Shown here piece by piece: positions 14,612-26,619 of a stretch of DNA of 60,000 nucleotides; the first letter of the stretch is position 1, and the number at the start of each line of letters is the position of its first letter. The notes beneath the pieces were generated by a model. It had not been told where the DNA came from and did no database searches. It worked only from the letters and a program-made list of their open reading frames with translations. The translations under genes were made by a program, and so were the position numbers. The DNA comes from Lytechinus pictus (taxonomy: Eukaryota): the NCBI RefSeq assembly GCF_037042905.1, contig NC_087246.1, positions 7,318,001 to 7,378,000 on the forward strand. Direction: 5' to 3'.

Positions 14612-16590
14612 GTTAAAAATAAAATGTATATCATCATAAACGATGTAAGAGAGTAGCGCAGTGAGCTCCGTCGGTAATACGACCTTTCAAAGTTCACGGC
14701 GGCTTCCGCTATCACCACGAGGTTGAAAATAAAATGAATATCATCATAAACGATGTAAGAGAGTAACGCAATAAGCTCCGTCAATATTAAAGTCTTTAAA
14801 AGTTTATGGCGGGGTCCGCTATCACCACGAGGTTGAAAATAAAATGTATATCATCATAAACGATGTAAGAGAGTAGCGCAATAAGCTCCGTCAGTAGCAC
14901 GATCTTTAAAAGTTCACGGCGGGGTCCGCTATCACCACGAGGTTGAAAATAAAATGTATATCATCATAAACGATGTAAGAGAGTAACGCAATAAGCTCCG
15001 TCAATAGTACAGTCTTTAAAAGTTTATGGCGGGGTCCGCTATCACCACGAGGTTGAAGAGAAGATTTATATCATTATAAAGGGGGTAAGAAAGTAGCGCA
15101 GTGAGCTCCGTCGGTAATACGACCTTTCAAAGTTCACGGCGGCATCCGCTATCACCACGAGGTTGAAAATAAAATGTATATCATCATAAACGATGTAAGA
15201 GAGTAACGCAGTGAGCTCCGTCGGTAATACGACCTTTCAAAGTTCACGGCGGCATCCGCTATCACCACGAGGTTGAAAATAAAATGTATATCATAATAAA
15301 CGATGTAAGAGAGTAACGCAATAAGCTCCGTCAGTAGCACGATCTTTAAAAGTTCACGGCGGGGTCCGCTATCACCACGAGGTTGAAAATAAAATGTAAA
15401 TCATCATAAACGATGTAAGAGAGTAACGCAATGAGCTCCGTCAATAGTACGACCTTTCAAAGTTCACGGCGGCATCCGCTATCACCACGAGGTTGAAAAT
15501 AAAATGTATATCATCATAAACGATGTAAGAGAGTAACGCAATAAGCTCCGTCAATAGTACAGTCTTTAAAAGTTTATGGCGGGGTCCGCTATCACCACGA
15601 GGTTGAAAATAAAATGAATATCATCATAAACGATGTAAGAGAGTAACGCAATAAGCTCCGTCAGTAGCACGATCTTTAAAAGTTCACGGCGGGGTCCGCT
15701 ATCACCACGAGGTTGAAAATAAAATGTATATCATCATAAACGATGTAAGAGAGTAACGCAATGAGCTCCGTCAATAGTACGACCTTTCAAAGTTCACGGC
15801 GGCATCCGCTATCACCACGAGGTTGAAAATAAAATGTATATCATCATAAACGATGTAAGAGAGTAACGCAATAAGCTCCGTCAATAGTACAGTCTTTAAA
15901 AGTTTATGGCGGGGTCCGCTATCACCACGAGGTTGAAAATAAAATGAATATCATCATAAACGATGTAAGAGAGCAACGCAATAAGCTCCGTCAATAGTAC
16001 AGTCTTTAAAAGTTTATGGCGGGGTCCGCTATCACCACGAGGTTGAAGAGAAGATTTATATCATTACAAACGATGTAAGAGAGTAACGCAATGAGCTCCG
16101 TCAGTAGCACGATCTTTAAAAGTTCACGGCGGGGTCCGCTATCACCACGAGGTTGAAAATAAAATGTATATCATCATAAACGATGTAAGAGAGTAACGCA
16201 ATAAGCTCCGTCAATAGTACAGTCTTTAAAAGTTTATGGCGGGGTCCGCTATCACCACGAGGTTGAAAATAAAATGAATATCATCATAAACGATGTAAGA
16301 GAGTAACGCAATAAGCTCCGTCAATAGTACAGTCTTTAAAAGTTTATGGCGGGGTCCGCTATCACCACGAGGTTGAAGAGAAGATTTATATCATTATAAA
16401 GGGGGTAAGAGAGTAGCGCAGTGAGCTCCGTCGGTAATACGACCTTTCAAACTTCACGGCGGCATCCGCTATCACCACGAGGTTGAAAATAAAATGTATA
16501 TAATCATAAACGATGTAAGAGAGTAACGCAATGAGCTCCGTCGGTAATACGACCTTTCAAAGTTCACGGCGGCATCCGCTATCACCATGA
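14612..16590. repeat. 110-bp tandem array (~18 units) of the outer element, continuing from 11312-11462
   Basis: Same unit and period, with sequence variants in a different order. Confidence 0.95.
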
Positions 16591-19169
16591 GTTGGAAGAG
16601 AAGATATCTATCCTCTTAAACATCGCCATAGATAATACCGCGTCTTTCTCCCTGAATAATGCGACCTCTAAATAGCTAGCACCTCAAAAACAATCTTGAA
16701 ATATGTTCTGAGCGATCACGCACTGTAACCAGATCTACGCCGATTTTTTATTTTCGATTTTTTCCTTCAAGGGGCATGATCGAAGATCGGCAAGTGATTG
16801 CCGATTGTGGTGAAATCGAATGGAATCGGTTGCCGATTGCAAAATCGGTTACAAGCTTACTTCTGTACATGGGTAAAAATATTGGTTGGCAACGTTTGGC
16901 AAAAAATGGATAGTTATGGTTACAAAATGACGCCAAAATGACATGAAGTAATAAAACAGTCAGTCCGCAAGCCCTGAAAAAGTAGCTTCTTTTATCCAAG
17001 TGATATTCATGACTAGAGGGTTTTTGCATAGATAATGAGCTTGATGCGAACCAAAACACCTCTTTTTATTCGGCCATGCAGCCTGAGCAGTCACACTAGC
17101 GTTGCCAGCGCGCCTAGCTGAGCCGGACATGCATGCTACAATGTATGTTAGAACTGAATTGTCCGCGGTGCCACTCGGGTCCGACGTAGCCTTTCATTTT
17201 TACATGATACCGTTTTCCGATAGTTTTCAAGAAATTTTTATCATAAAATGAATTGTTCCTCATAATTTTCCCGCTAATTACTTTCTAAGTAATATTCTTA
17301 ACGTTCATTCTCAATTTCTCATGTCATCTGCTGTCATGTCACAAGTTACTCACAATGAGTGGTGGCTAGCTTGCTGGAAATGGGGCTTAGGGCGACACGT
17401 GTGTGCATGATTTTGTCAAAGGAGAAAAACGAGAACCCGGGCGCGGGAGCGAGATGTAAAGTTAATGTTATTTGTTTGACGGCTAATTGCTTGTTTTTAA
17501 CGTTTATTTTTAATTCTTTCATCTAAAACAGACTATAATTTCTTGTATTGTTTTTTACATGTGTGTACAGTTTCTTCTATTGATTAATAATCTAGGGGCG
17601 GGGGGGGGGGGGGTTGGCATGAGACCGCATGATCGACACATCGATTAGAAATATCTAAAAATATATTTTTAGGTATTTCTAATCGATATGTCATGCCAAT
17701 GTGTATTTGGAAAATCTCTTTTTTATGTTGATATTTGACACTGGAAAAAATCAATATGTTGAATTTATTGTAGAAGTTTTTATTCTTAATGCATATTATA
17801 ATCATCATCAATTAGTCCAGTCAATATAGAGTTTGACCTACCACTAATTGCAACACGAGATATTCCACTGCAATTCTTTTTCAAGGAAGGTCCCCTAAAC
17901 AACATACTAAAAGTCCCAAGAAATCCAAGCAGTGGAAATTTATGAAATTTGCATATTATGCAAATTAGCCATAAAAAGTTAGAAAAATAAGGAAAATATC
18001 CAAAAGATTACAAATTGAGTGTCCAAAACAATTTAATTTGAGCAAAAATTCATGATAAACAAAGTTCTGTATTCAATTTTTTTTGTCAAAAGTGCAAAAA
18101 AATCTACCTCATTTGTATATTATGCAAATAATCATCCTTATATGGAAAAATGTCAAGGTATTGTGATTTTTCTCTCATTTACTGCTTGAAAATTTCATTA
18201 ATATTGAAATTTACATGCTGCTTTCACTAAGGAAGTTGACTACATTTGTATTCAGCTACGGTGTCTGTAGTGTAATTTGCATATTATGCAAATAAAAGTA
18301 TCTAACATGTTATAAATATTCAACACACTGGTGATACATCCCTCAAAAATTGCAAGTAGATTATCTATTGAAATTGGAATATGGCAATACCTTACAGGAA
18401 GGTTTCCCAAACACATATTAAAAGTCCTGAAATATACAAACATATAGGAAAATCACACAATTTGCATTTTATGCAAATTAGCCATAATAAATTACAAATA
18501 AGGAAAATAATCCAAATATTGCAAATCAGGTGCAGAAAACAATATGAATTGAACTGAAGCCCATGATAAGTTTACAAATTTAGTTATTTTTTTAAATAAG
18601 AAATCGTAAATAAATCTACCTCATTTGCATATATATGAGCATTTTTATATGGGAAAAAAATCAAGAAATTTTGATTTTTCTCACAAAAACATTCATGAAA
18701 ACATTTCAGTCTAGATCAATATGATGTGATCACTAAGAATGGCAAAAACATTAATAATCAGCTTAATATCTGAAGTGTAATTTACATATTATGCAAATAA
18801 ACAGCCGACATGTTATAAATATTCAAGAAACACATAGTGATATTTTCCTCTAAAATTCCATGTAGATTATGTGTATTAACCATGATGACCTTCCCTACAC
18901 TTCTTGCTTGGTTGATATTGACTTTTGTCACGAGCAGTTACCCCACTCATATTGTACAATGATGAGTCCATTCTACATGGATCCCATTGCTTGAATGCTT
19001 CATTATTTCCATCCAAGTCTTGCTCTCTTCTTGACTTTGTAGAGACTTTGCGTTTCTTGCGAGTATAGTCCACGCTAGCAAGCTCCTGGATTGCCAAGTG
19101 ATCAGCACAAGATGTCACACCCGTACAAATAAGAGGTTCGAATATTTGGTCCTTGTAGCACACCACTTA

Positions 19170-19635
19170 GCTTATAAGCTTGGGGTCCTTGTATTTAAAG
19201 CGCTTAACGATAGATCTCCACCCTACATAATTATCAGAGCTCTTATCTCAGCATAGACCAACACGCAGTCTCAGATCAGCAGATCAAGCATTGCTGAGGA
19301 AATCTCTTAGCCACACAACCTGGGGTGACAGAGCCTTCTACATCTCTGGACCAAAGCTGTGGAATAGCCTTCCCAATTTATCAGGAGAGCAGAGACCCAA
19401 TCAACTTTTGAGTCTTACCTGAAGACCTTTCTGTTCCCCACTCCAACATTATCTCAAGAATAACTCAATTGTAGCACTACTAGAACAGTACTTGAACTGA
19501 ATGATGATCATAAGCACTGTTTGAAGACATTGAAATTTGTGAAATATTTCCTATTTTTGAGAAAGCGCCATGAGCGCCCAGCTGAGGCGGATACCGGCGC
19601 TTTAAAAGAACCCATATCATCGTCATCATCATCAC
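19170..19635 (+). mobile_element. 3' fragment of an L2/CR1-group LINE
   Basis: Translates, with frameshifts, to YKLGVLVFKALNDRSPPY..SELLSQHRPTRSLRSADQALL...TWGDRAFYISGPKLWNSLP, the typical L2 ORF2 C-terminus, followed by a 3' UTR and (CAT)n tail. Confidence 0.8.
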
Positions 19636-20589
19636 TTGTCTTGGTGGTGAATATGAGTACTTGCTTGGATCACAAGATCTCTGGGCATGCTTATAAGAGT
19701 AACAATGGGCATTTGCCTATACGAGCGACATGAAAGCCATTCATAAATTCATGATGAAGGCTTAAAGTGCATTATAGGCATCTTTCTCAGATACAGGAAT
19801 CGTGATTAGACGTTCTTGCTGAATCCAGTTGCTGCTTCATGATGAAGCATCCATTTTCTGTTCTTTCCTCTTTGATAAATCTCCTATGGCAACCATCTCC
19901 AAATATTAAAGCAATAGTTTCTAAGTAAGTCGTATGCAAATTATAATATTAATGTCGTGATTATTATGGTAAACAGAAATTCCTCAGTGAGACAATGAAC
20001 AAACCAGGAGGACTAAGCCAGATTATTGCCTTTCCAACAGGAGGACACAAACATAATGGAACACCCTTAACATCACCATCAAATACCATCCAACATTGAT
20101 TAGACAGTGTGTACCACTTCCATGATTTATTTGCCACAATGTGTTACTCATGGGTATACTGTGAGGTTATCCAGAGGAATAAACCTTTTCGTAATTACGG
20201 TACGACTAAGGATGTTCTTCTGGATGAATGCTGACTTTGATAGTGTCATGCAGATGTACTTTGGACAATCATACAACTCTCTGTACTGAAATCCGACAAG
20301 TCGAGCCTAGGAGACTGAATGCCAATCAAGAGGACTTTAACAAGAACACACCGTTAACCATGTCTTCTTCCGACACAAGTTGCCTCAATGGACAATGGAC
20401 ATAAGTTGTGTCGAAAGATGTCAAGAGTTTTAGAGAAAGACTAGGAAGGCTTGCACATTTTAGAGCTCCAAAAGCATCAGTAAGGTAAAGCTCAGAATTG
20501 CTACAATGCATTAAAGAGGACCATAAGAGGGTTTGTAGACAAGCCTATAATACATAATTTGCTGACCGGATTGAAAATGATCCAGGCTG

Positions 20590-20960
20590 TAACAATTAGC
20601 ATGTTGGGAGCCCTTAATATCAATAGCTATGACTACATTGGAATAGCATTATTAAAGGAAGGCAGAGATTTTTAGTCTCAGTATTCACCACTGATCATGA
20701 TGATGATGATGATGACGCTGCTCTACAAGTCCTGGGACCCAGTCCTGACCCAGATATGGCCAGATAACATATTGTTTAGTCAAACAGGTGTAGCCAGACT
20801 ACTGAAGAAATTGTTAAAGAAAACACCCTGCATGAAGCTAGTAGGCCAGACAGAATCTCTGCTACACTTCTTAATATCAGATCCTCCATTTATCATGTTT
20901 ATACGGTGAATTTTCAACAAAGTACATGTATAAGTCGTTCCCATCCATATAAGAAAGGGT
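20590..20960 (+). mobile_element. Degenerate CR1-like LINE ORF2 fragment (pre-RT region)
   Basis: Remnant motifs KAEI..SVFT, ILFSQTGVARLLKKL and PDRISATLL resemble the KAEILN.F.SVFT...V.KLLK.L.P.KA.GPD segment. Confidence 0.5.
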
Positions 20961-21355
20961 TGCTAACTCTAACAAACTACACACCAATTCAAATAATGTG
21001 CTTTGTTCTTGCCGATCCCATCATCTTGTCAGACTAACAACGCGGCTTAGAAAGCGAAGAACATATTTCCAGTATTTTTCCTTGAATATAAATCATATTA
21101 GGATAGATTTGAATGCTTAGTGATAGCAGCATATTAATTTGAAAAACTGATATGTCTTCCCTGCAGTCAATGTGATAAAAATCAAAATTTCTTGACATTT
21201 TCCATATAAGGATACTTATTTGCATAATATGCAAATGAGGCAGATTTGCTAGCTTTTTTAAATAAAGACATTGACTTATTTATTCATCATGAACTTTTGT
21301 TCAAAATTACTTGCTGTGGACATTTAATTTGTAATCTTTGGATTAATTTCCTCAT

Positions 21356-22534
21356 TTTTGTCTCGCCTGCATAGCAGAGCGAGACTATAGGCGCCGCTTT
21401 TCCGACGGCGGCGGCGACGGCGTCAACATCAAATCTTAACCTAAGGTTAAGTTTTTGAAATGACATAACTTAGAAAGTATATGGACCTAGTTCATGAAAC
21501 TTGGACATAAGGTTAATCAAGTATTACTAAACATCCTGCCTGAGTTTCAGGTCACATGACCAAGGTCAAAGGTCATTTAGGGTCAATGAACTTTTACCAT
21601 GTTGGGAGAATTATTTTCAAAATCTTAACCGAAGGTTAAGTTTTTGAAATGACATCATAACTTAGAAAGTACATGGACCTAGTTCATGTAACTTAGGCAT
21701 AAGGTTAATCAAGTATTAGTGAATAGCCTGCTCGAGTTTCAGGTCACGTGACCAAGGTCAAAGGTCATTTAGGGTCAATGAACTTTGGTCAAGTTGGGGG
21801 TATTTGTTGAATTACTATCATAACTTTGAAAATTTATGGATCTAGTTCATGAAACTTGGACATAAGGTTAATCAAGTATTAGCAAACATCATGTGCGAGT
21901 TTCAGGTCACATGACCATGGTCAATGGTCATTTAAGGTCAATGAACTTTGGCCGTGTTGGGGGTATTTGTTAAATTACCATCCTAACTCTGAAAGTTTAC
22001 GGATTTAGTTCATAAAACTTGGACATAAGAGTAATCAATTATCACTGAACATCCTGTACGAGTTTCAGGTCACATGACCATGGTCAAAGGTCATTAAAGG
22101 TCAATGAACTTTGGCCGTGTTGGGGGTATTTGTTAAATTACCATCCTAACTCTGAAAGTTTATGGATCTAGTTCATAAAACTTGGGATATAAGAGTAATC
22201 AAGTATCACTGAACATCCCCTGTGAGTTTCAGGTCACAAAACCAAGGTCAAAGGTCAGTTAAGGTCAATAAACTTAGGCCATGTTGGGGTAATTGTTGAA
22301 TTGCCATCATAACTTTGAAAGTTTATAGATAGAGTGATTGAAATGTGGACATGGATGTAGTTGACAAGTCTTAAGTCACCGTTCAAATGTCATTTATGGT
22401 CAATGAACGTGGTATTATGTCATTATATGAATGGAGTTTTTGTGAATGATTATTTTATAGTAGTTTTCAAAGTTAGCACTGCTGCTATATTAAATCGCGT
22501 AATGCAGGCGAGACTGCCAGAGGCGTTCCACTTG
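21356..22534 (+). mobile_element. Helentron-associated non-autonomous element (HINE/DINE-1-like), copy 1
   Basis: Inserted in a T run; 5' subterminal IR GTCTCGCCTGCAT with adjacent partial IR GCGAGAC, (GGC)n tract, ~5 internal repeats of ~163-190 bp, 3' subterminal IR ATGCAGGCGAGAC and end ...CCACTTG|TT; interrupts the right arm of the Academ-like element. Confidence 0.75.
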
Positions 22535-23147
22535 TTTTTTTTTTAATGGCTAATTTGCATAATATGCAAATTAATTTTCAGGCATTGGGATGAATTCTCA
22601 TGCTTTATAGTAGCATATTAATGTCAACATTAATGAAATGTTTTCAAGCAGTCTATATGAGAAAAATCACAATATCTTGACATTTTTTTCCATATAAGGA
22701 TGCTTATTTGCATAATATGCAAATGAGGTAGAAATTTTTGCACTTTTGATTACAAACATTGAATTCAGTTATTTATCTTGAATTTCCATTCAAATTAAAT
22801 TGTTTTGGACATTTAATTTGTAATCTTTGGATTATTTCCCTTCTTTTTAAAGTTTTTCATGGCTAATTTGCATAATATGCAAATTTCATAAATTTCCACT
22901 ACTTGGATTTCTTGGGACTTTTAGTATGTTGTTTAGGGGACCTTCCTGGAAAGTATTTCAGTGGAATATCTCGTGTTGCAATTAGTGGTGGGTTACCCCC
23001 CTATTCTGGCTAGATTGACTGGACTAAATGTTATTTATAATTATGTATTGGAAGATGTCTGACATTGTGTTTTATTATAACACTAAAGGGAAAAAAATGG
23101 TGTTAAATTTATGAGTTGTCAAGGTATTTATCAATTTGTAAAGACAT

Positions 23148-25726
23148 GGGCAATTCCATGGAAAATGTTAACTTTCGAGAAAAAATGAAGTTTCAGATAT
23201 CACTTAAGCAGTCAAATTTTCTTAAAAAGTAATCTATAAAGTTTCAATTTCCAATAGAAAAATCACAATATTGATTAAATTTTGTGTTTTTTTCCATCAT
23301 CAAAAAAATAAAATAATAAATTGCAAAATCTAAAAAATGTGGCTATTTTTAAATAATTCATCTTTCCTGTCTCTACTAAAAGCAAATAAGGTCCCACAGG
23401 TCTCTTTTAACTTTTGTATCGATGATTAATGTTTAAATCAACAGAAAATCATTGTTATATTTCATGCCATTCATCAATTTTAGAGAAATCGATCTTCAGA
23501 TTAATGTGATTTCTTTACCATTATCAGTGTCATGTCCGTTACGTTTTTCACTTAAAGTTTTCACAGCTTACATGAAATTTGTCTGAAGGTACTGCAGATT
23601 CAGATTCTATGTTAGAATTAAACCCCCTACCATGTGTAGCAATCATTTTCCCTGACCACTTCTCATTTTCATAAAAATGGCGTAACGGACATGACAATTC
23701 GCGTAACGGACATGACACCTAATATATGACAAAAGGCAGCATTCACAAAAACAAAATATTAGGCTCAGTGTCACAGACTGTGGTCAGTCTCAATTGTTGA
23801 GGATAGCTGGATGTAATAACTCCTAGAATCTGCATGTCATTCTAGCTATTTTTAGAAGTTGGTAAATGATGAAAGATCAGCTCTTGTTCTGGTATATTTT
23901 TCTGAGAATTAACGGTATGCCACATAATATTAGGATAAGATGCAGCTAAATCTGGCAACATACTCAGATCACAATCTGCATCATTTGTGTTTGAACAATA
24001 AATAATTTATTATCTTAGGTGTTTGCACTGACAGTTTGGAGCATGATAAAACTCCAACTTGTGAATTCATGAGATCTTTGATGACATTGCTTCAAAGTAT
24101 CTGACTTTCACCAACCCTCAACTTCCTCAGTGATGGCACTGGCTCACATTTAAAACAAGTTTGTAAATATTCAGATATCTGTGTTACATGATGTAGCTCT
24201 ATGAATCCATGAATCTACAGTGGCACTTCTTCATATCACAAAGCAAAGGGGCTGTGGAAGGAATGTGGCGCGATCAATAAATTATGTAATCATAGTATTT
24301 TGGTCAGCCATAATCATGATTTGAATGATGTATCTTCGTTTGTACACAAGCAGCGCAGACAATACAATGAAATTAGATACAGCCACATTTGTCAGCAAGC
24401 AAGATCGTAAAATTTAGTACATCCAAGATTTGATGAAGGGATGATTATACCAAGGATCTTTAATTTATTTTGAATGAAAAAAATCTCAGAAGCGATTTAC
24501 AAACATTCCGATTACCTTATAACTCGTACATAATCGATAATGAAAGACTGGTTTCCAGGTACTGCTATTAAAATTTAAAATACTTTTTAATATCATTTTT
24601 TTAATCTTGAAATTGACATTAATACTAGTACATATTCTTTATCATAAAATACATTTTATAATACAGGTGTATGTTCATCTTGGATTTAATCAGGTCTGGT
24701 ACATTTTGTTTTCTTCTCACAAAAAATCTGATTTGCTCTTCTCAGTGTGCCTATGGTACTATTAAAGCATTGTATTCTATATAAAATTATCATGTGGGCT
24801 ATAGCTATTAAATTAATAATACCTGCCAGAAGTGCCAATAATATCTACATTTTTTTTTTAAGAATGTTAGTAAAGGTACTTTGCTGTTACATAATTACAT
24901 TCATTATTCATATTTCTTTCATTTTGCAACTAAGAAGTGCTGATGAAGTTCACTTCGGAAGGGTGTCATGTCCGTTACGCTAGTGTATATTGTCAAATAG
25001 TAAGCCATGAATAAAAAATAATCTTTACTATCAACTTTTTCTCTTTTAATTAGATGTGGCGGATGGTAGTAACTGGAAAATAATCATTAACTGTTGTTAA
25101 CTGGTGTAAAAGAAATTTTTCCAAATATTTTTTTGTTTTATAAATATTGTACGCAAAGCCCCCCTCTCAAATTGCAAAATAATAGGAGATATTACAGATT
25201 ACCAGTTATGATGTGTGTCTCTAACCTCTAGCCTTAACAAGTAACCAATTAGACTTGTACCATATCTTGTAATAAAGTAATTATATTCGCTTACAAAAAG
25301 TGGACGAAACTGTCATGTCCGTTACGCTTCATGTGTCATGTCCGTTACGCTACATTTTGAGCTATGAATACAGAATGCACTGTAAAACTTTTGTTAAACA
25401 CCATTTTATGGATAGAGCATGATCTTAAGGTTAAATTAACACCAGCGTCAGGTGCATGCAATCTAAGAATTCACAGGAATTTTGATAAGCAATAGGAGGT
25501 AAAAATGCTTCGTCCATTTCGTGTCATGTCCGTTACGCTGACAAAGAGTGCAATTTCTCTGCAACTGTTCAACGAAACGATTTGAAATTTCATGTGTATG
25601 TAACTGATACTTGAATGTGTCTGATAAGCTCAGTAGCAATTATCAAAAGACTGCTAATTCTACTGTATAAACCTTTGAATTACAAAAATTTGTCTGAACG
25701 TCATGTCCGTTACGCTGGAATTGCCC
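23148..25726 (+). mobile_element. Sola2-like DNA transposon with decayed transposase
   Basis: TIR GGGCAATTCCA/TGGAATTGCCC, perfect 4-bp TSD ACAT, repeated GTCATGTCCGTTACG motif, and relic peptides FLSDGTGSHLKQ (~24123) and WHFFISQSKGAVEG (~24221) resembling the FSDG...K and W.FF...HGKG..DG motifs. Confidence 0.8.
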
Positions 25727-26619
25727 ACATGTATTTTATTTTGTATATGAACTGAAGTTGTCAAATAAAAACTACCATACAAAAAAACAACTCCCCCCCC
25801 CCCCTAGATCCTGCATCGTACAGATCAGAAATATCCCTAAGACTTTGCAACATCTTTCTAAAGGGAATTTGAATTGCAAAATGATGAAAATGGTCAAAAA
25901 CACTTTTTCGAAGTATCAATTTTCTTTAAAAAATAAACGATAAGTGATTTTGCAATTTCCAAATTTTCCCATCTGAAAACACGTTCATGATACGTAGGTT
26001 TCATTTTCAAGTGACCAAACATTAAAGGGGGAGTTCACCCTGACAAAAAGTTTATAATACAGATAGGAGAAAAAAAAAGATAAATATTGGTGAAAGTTTG
26101 AGGAAAATCCATCAAAGATTTAAAAAGTTATTAGAATATGTATTATTATTTTTTATTTGTAAAGTCGCTGATTAAAAAAGAAATCAATGAAATGTCCACC
26201 ACCACCCAAGGCAATTGCTCGCGTGGCTCATGTTTTAAAATCACCTCAGTGGCTGCCCAAATGAGTCCCAAGAGAAACGATTTTTATCTCATGTTTACCT
26301 GATTTAATGGTTCAGCAAATCTCGACAGATCATCTCAATATGTTGTCGAGTGTCTTGATGACAGACTTGGCCCAGCTTGGTCATCCAAGGTATTACGTAA
26401 TGTACCTTATGTCGAAGGAGGTATCACTTGCTTTGGCTGTGAGCTTCATTTTGGTTTTCGAAGAATGATTTTATATCATAAATCATGTCGTTATCACATC
26501 AAAACTCTTTACAAATATATTATGAATCATCAACATTTTTATTAAAGACTATCATTTATATCCCGGTTTATACATGTACCTCCCTATCAAGCCGAGACGC
26601 TTCACAATCCAAGTTATCT

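Larger units (their letters stand above)
10762..16859. mobile_element. Outer copy of a non-autonomous hAT-like element with an internal 110-bp minisatellite
   Basis: Imperfect TIRs TAATGTTGTAAATCG / CGGTTACAAGCTTA, subterminal AATCG/ATCGG motif clusters, ~550-bp left arm and ~270-bp right arm near-identical to those of the inner copy. Outer flanks (GTTAACAG / CTTCTGTA) do not match. Confidence 0.75.
17813..23026. mobile_element. Long-TIR DNA transposon, Academ-like, decayed
   Basis: Termini TAGTCCAGTCAAT...ATTGACTGGACTA flanked by 3-bp direct repeat AAT; several hundred bp of inverted homology with internal tandem subunits; broken coding-like sequence on the - strand at ~18870-20510. Superfamily inferred from TAG termini and 3-bp TSD. 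Confidence 0.7.

Noticed and set aside
12145..15340. Repeated minus-strand ORFs (MLLTELIALLSYIVYDD...)
   Set aside because: By-products of the 110-bp repeat; the period is not a multiple of 3 and the frames are broken by stops.
12014..16590. Possible CRISPR array or hammerhead-containing satellite
   Set aside because: Units are homologous along their full length with no unique spacers and no cas genes; no CUGANGA...GAAA core was found on either strand by eye.
18876..20511. Intact transposase in the Academ-like element
   Set aside because: Only short broken frames interrupted by a LINE fragment; identity cannot be confirmed without a profile search.
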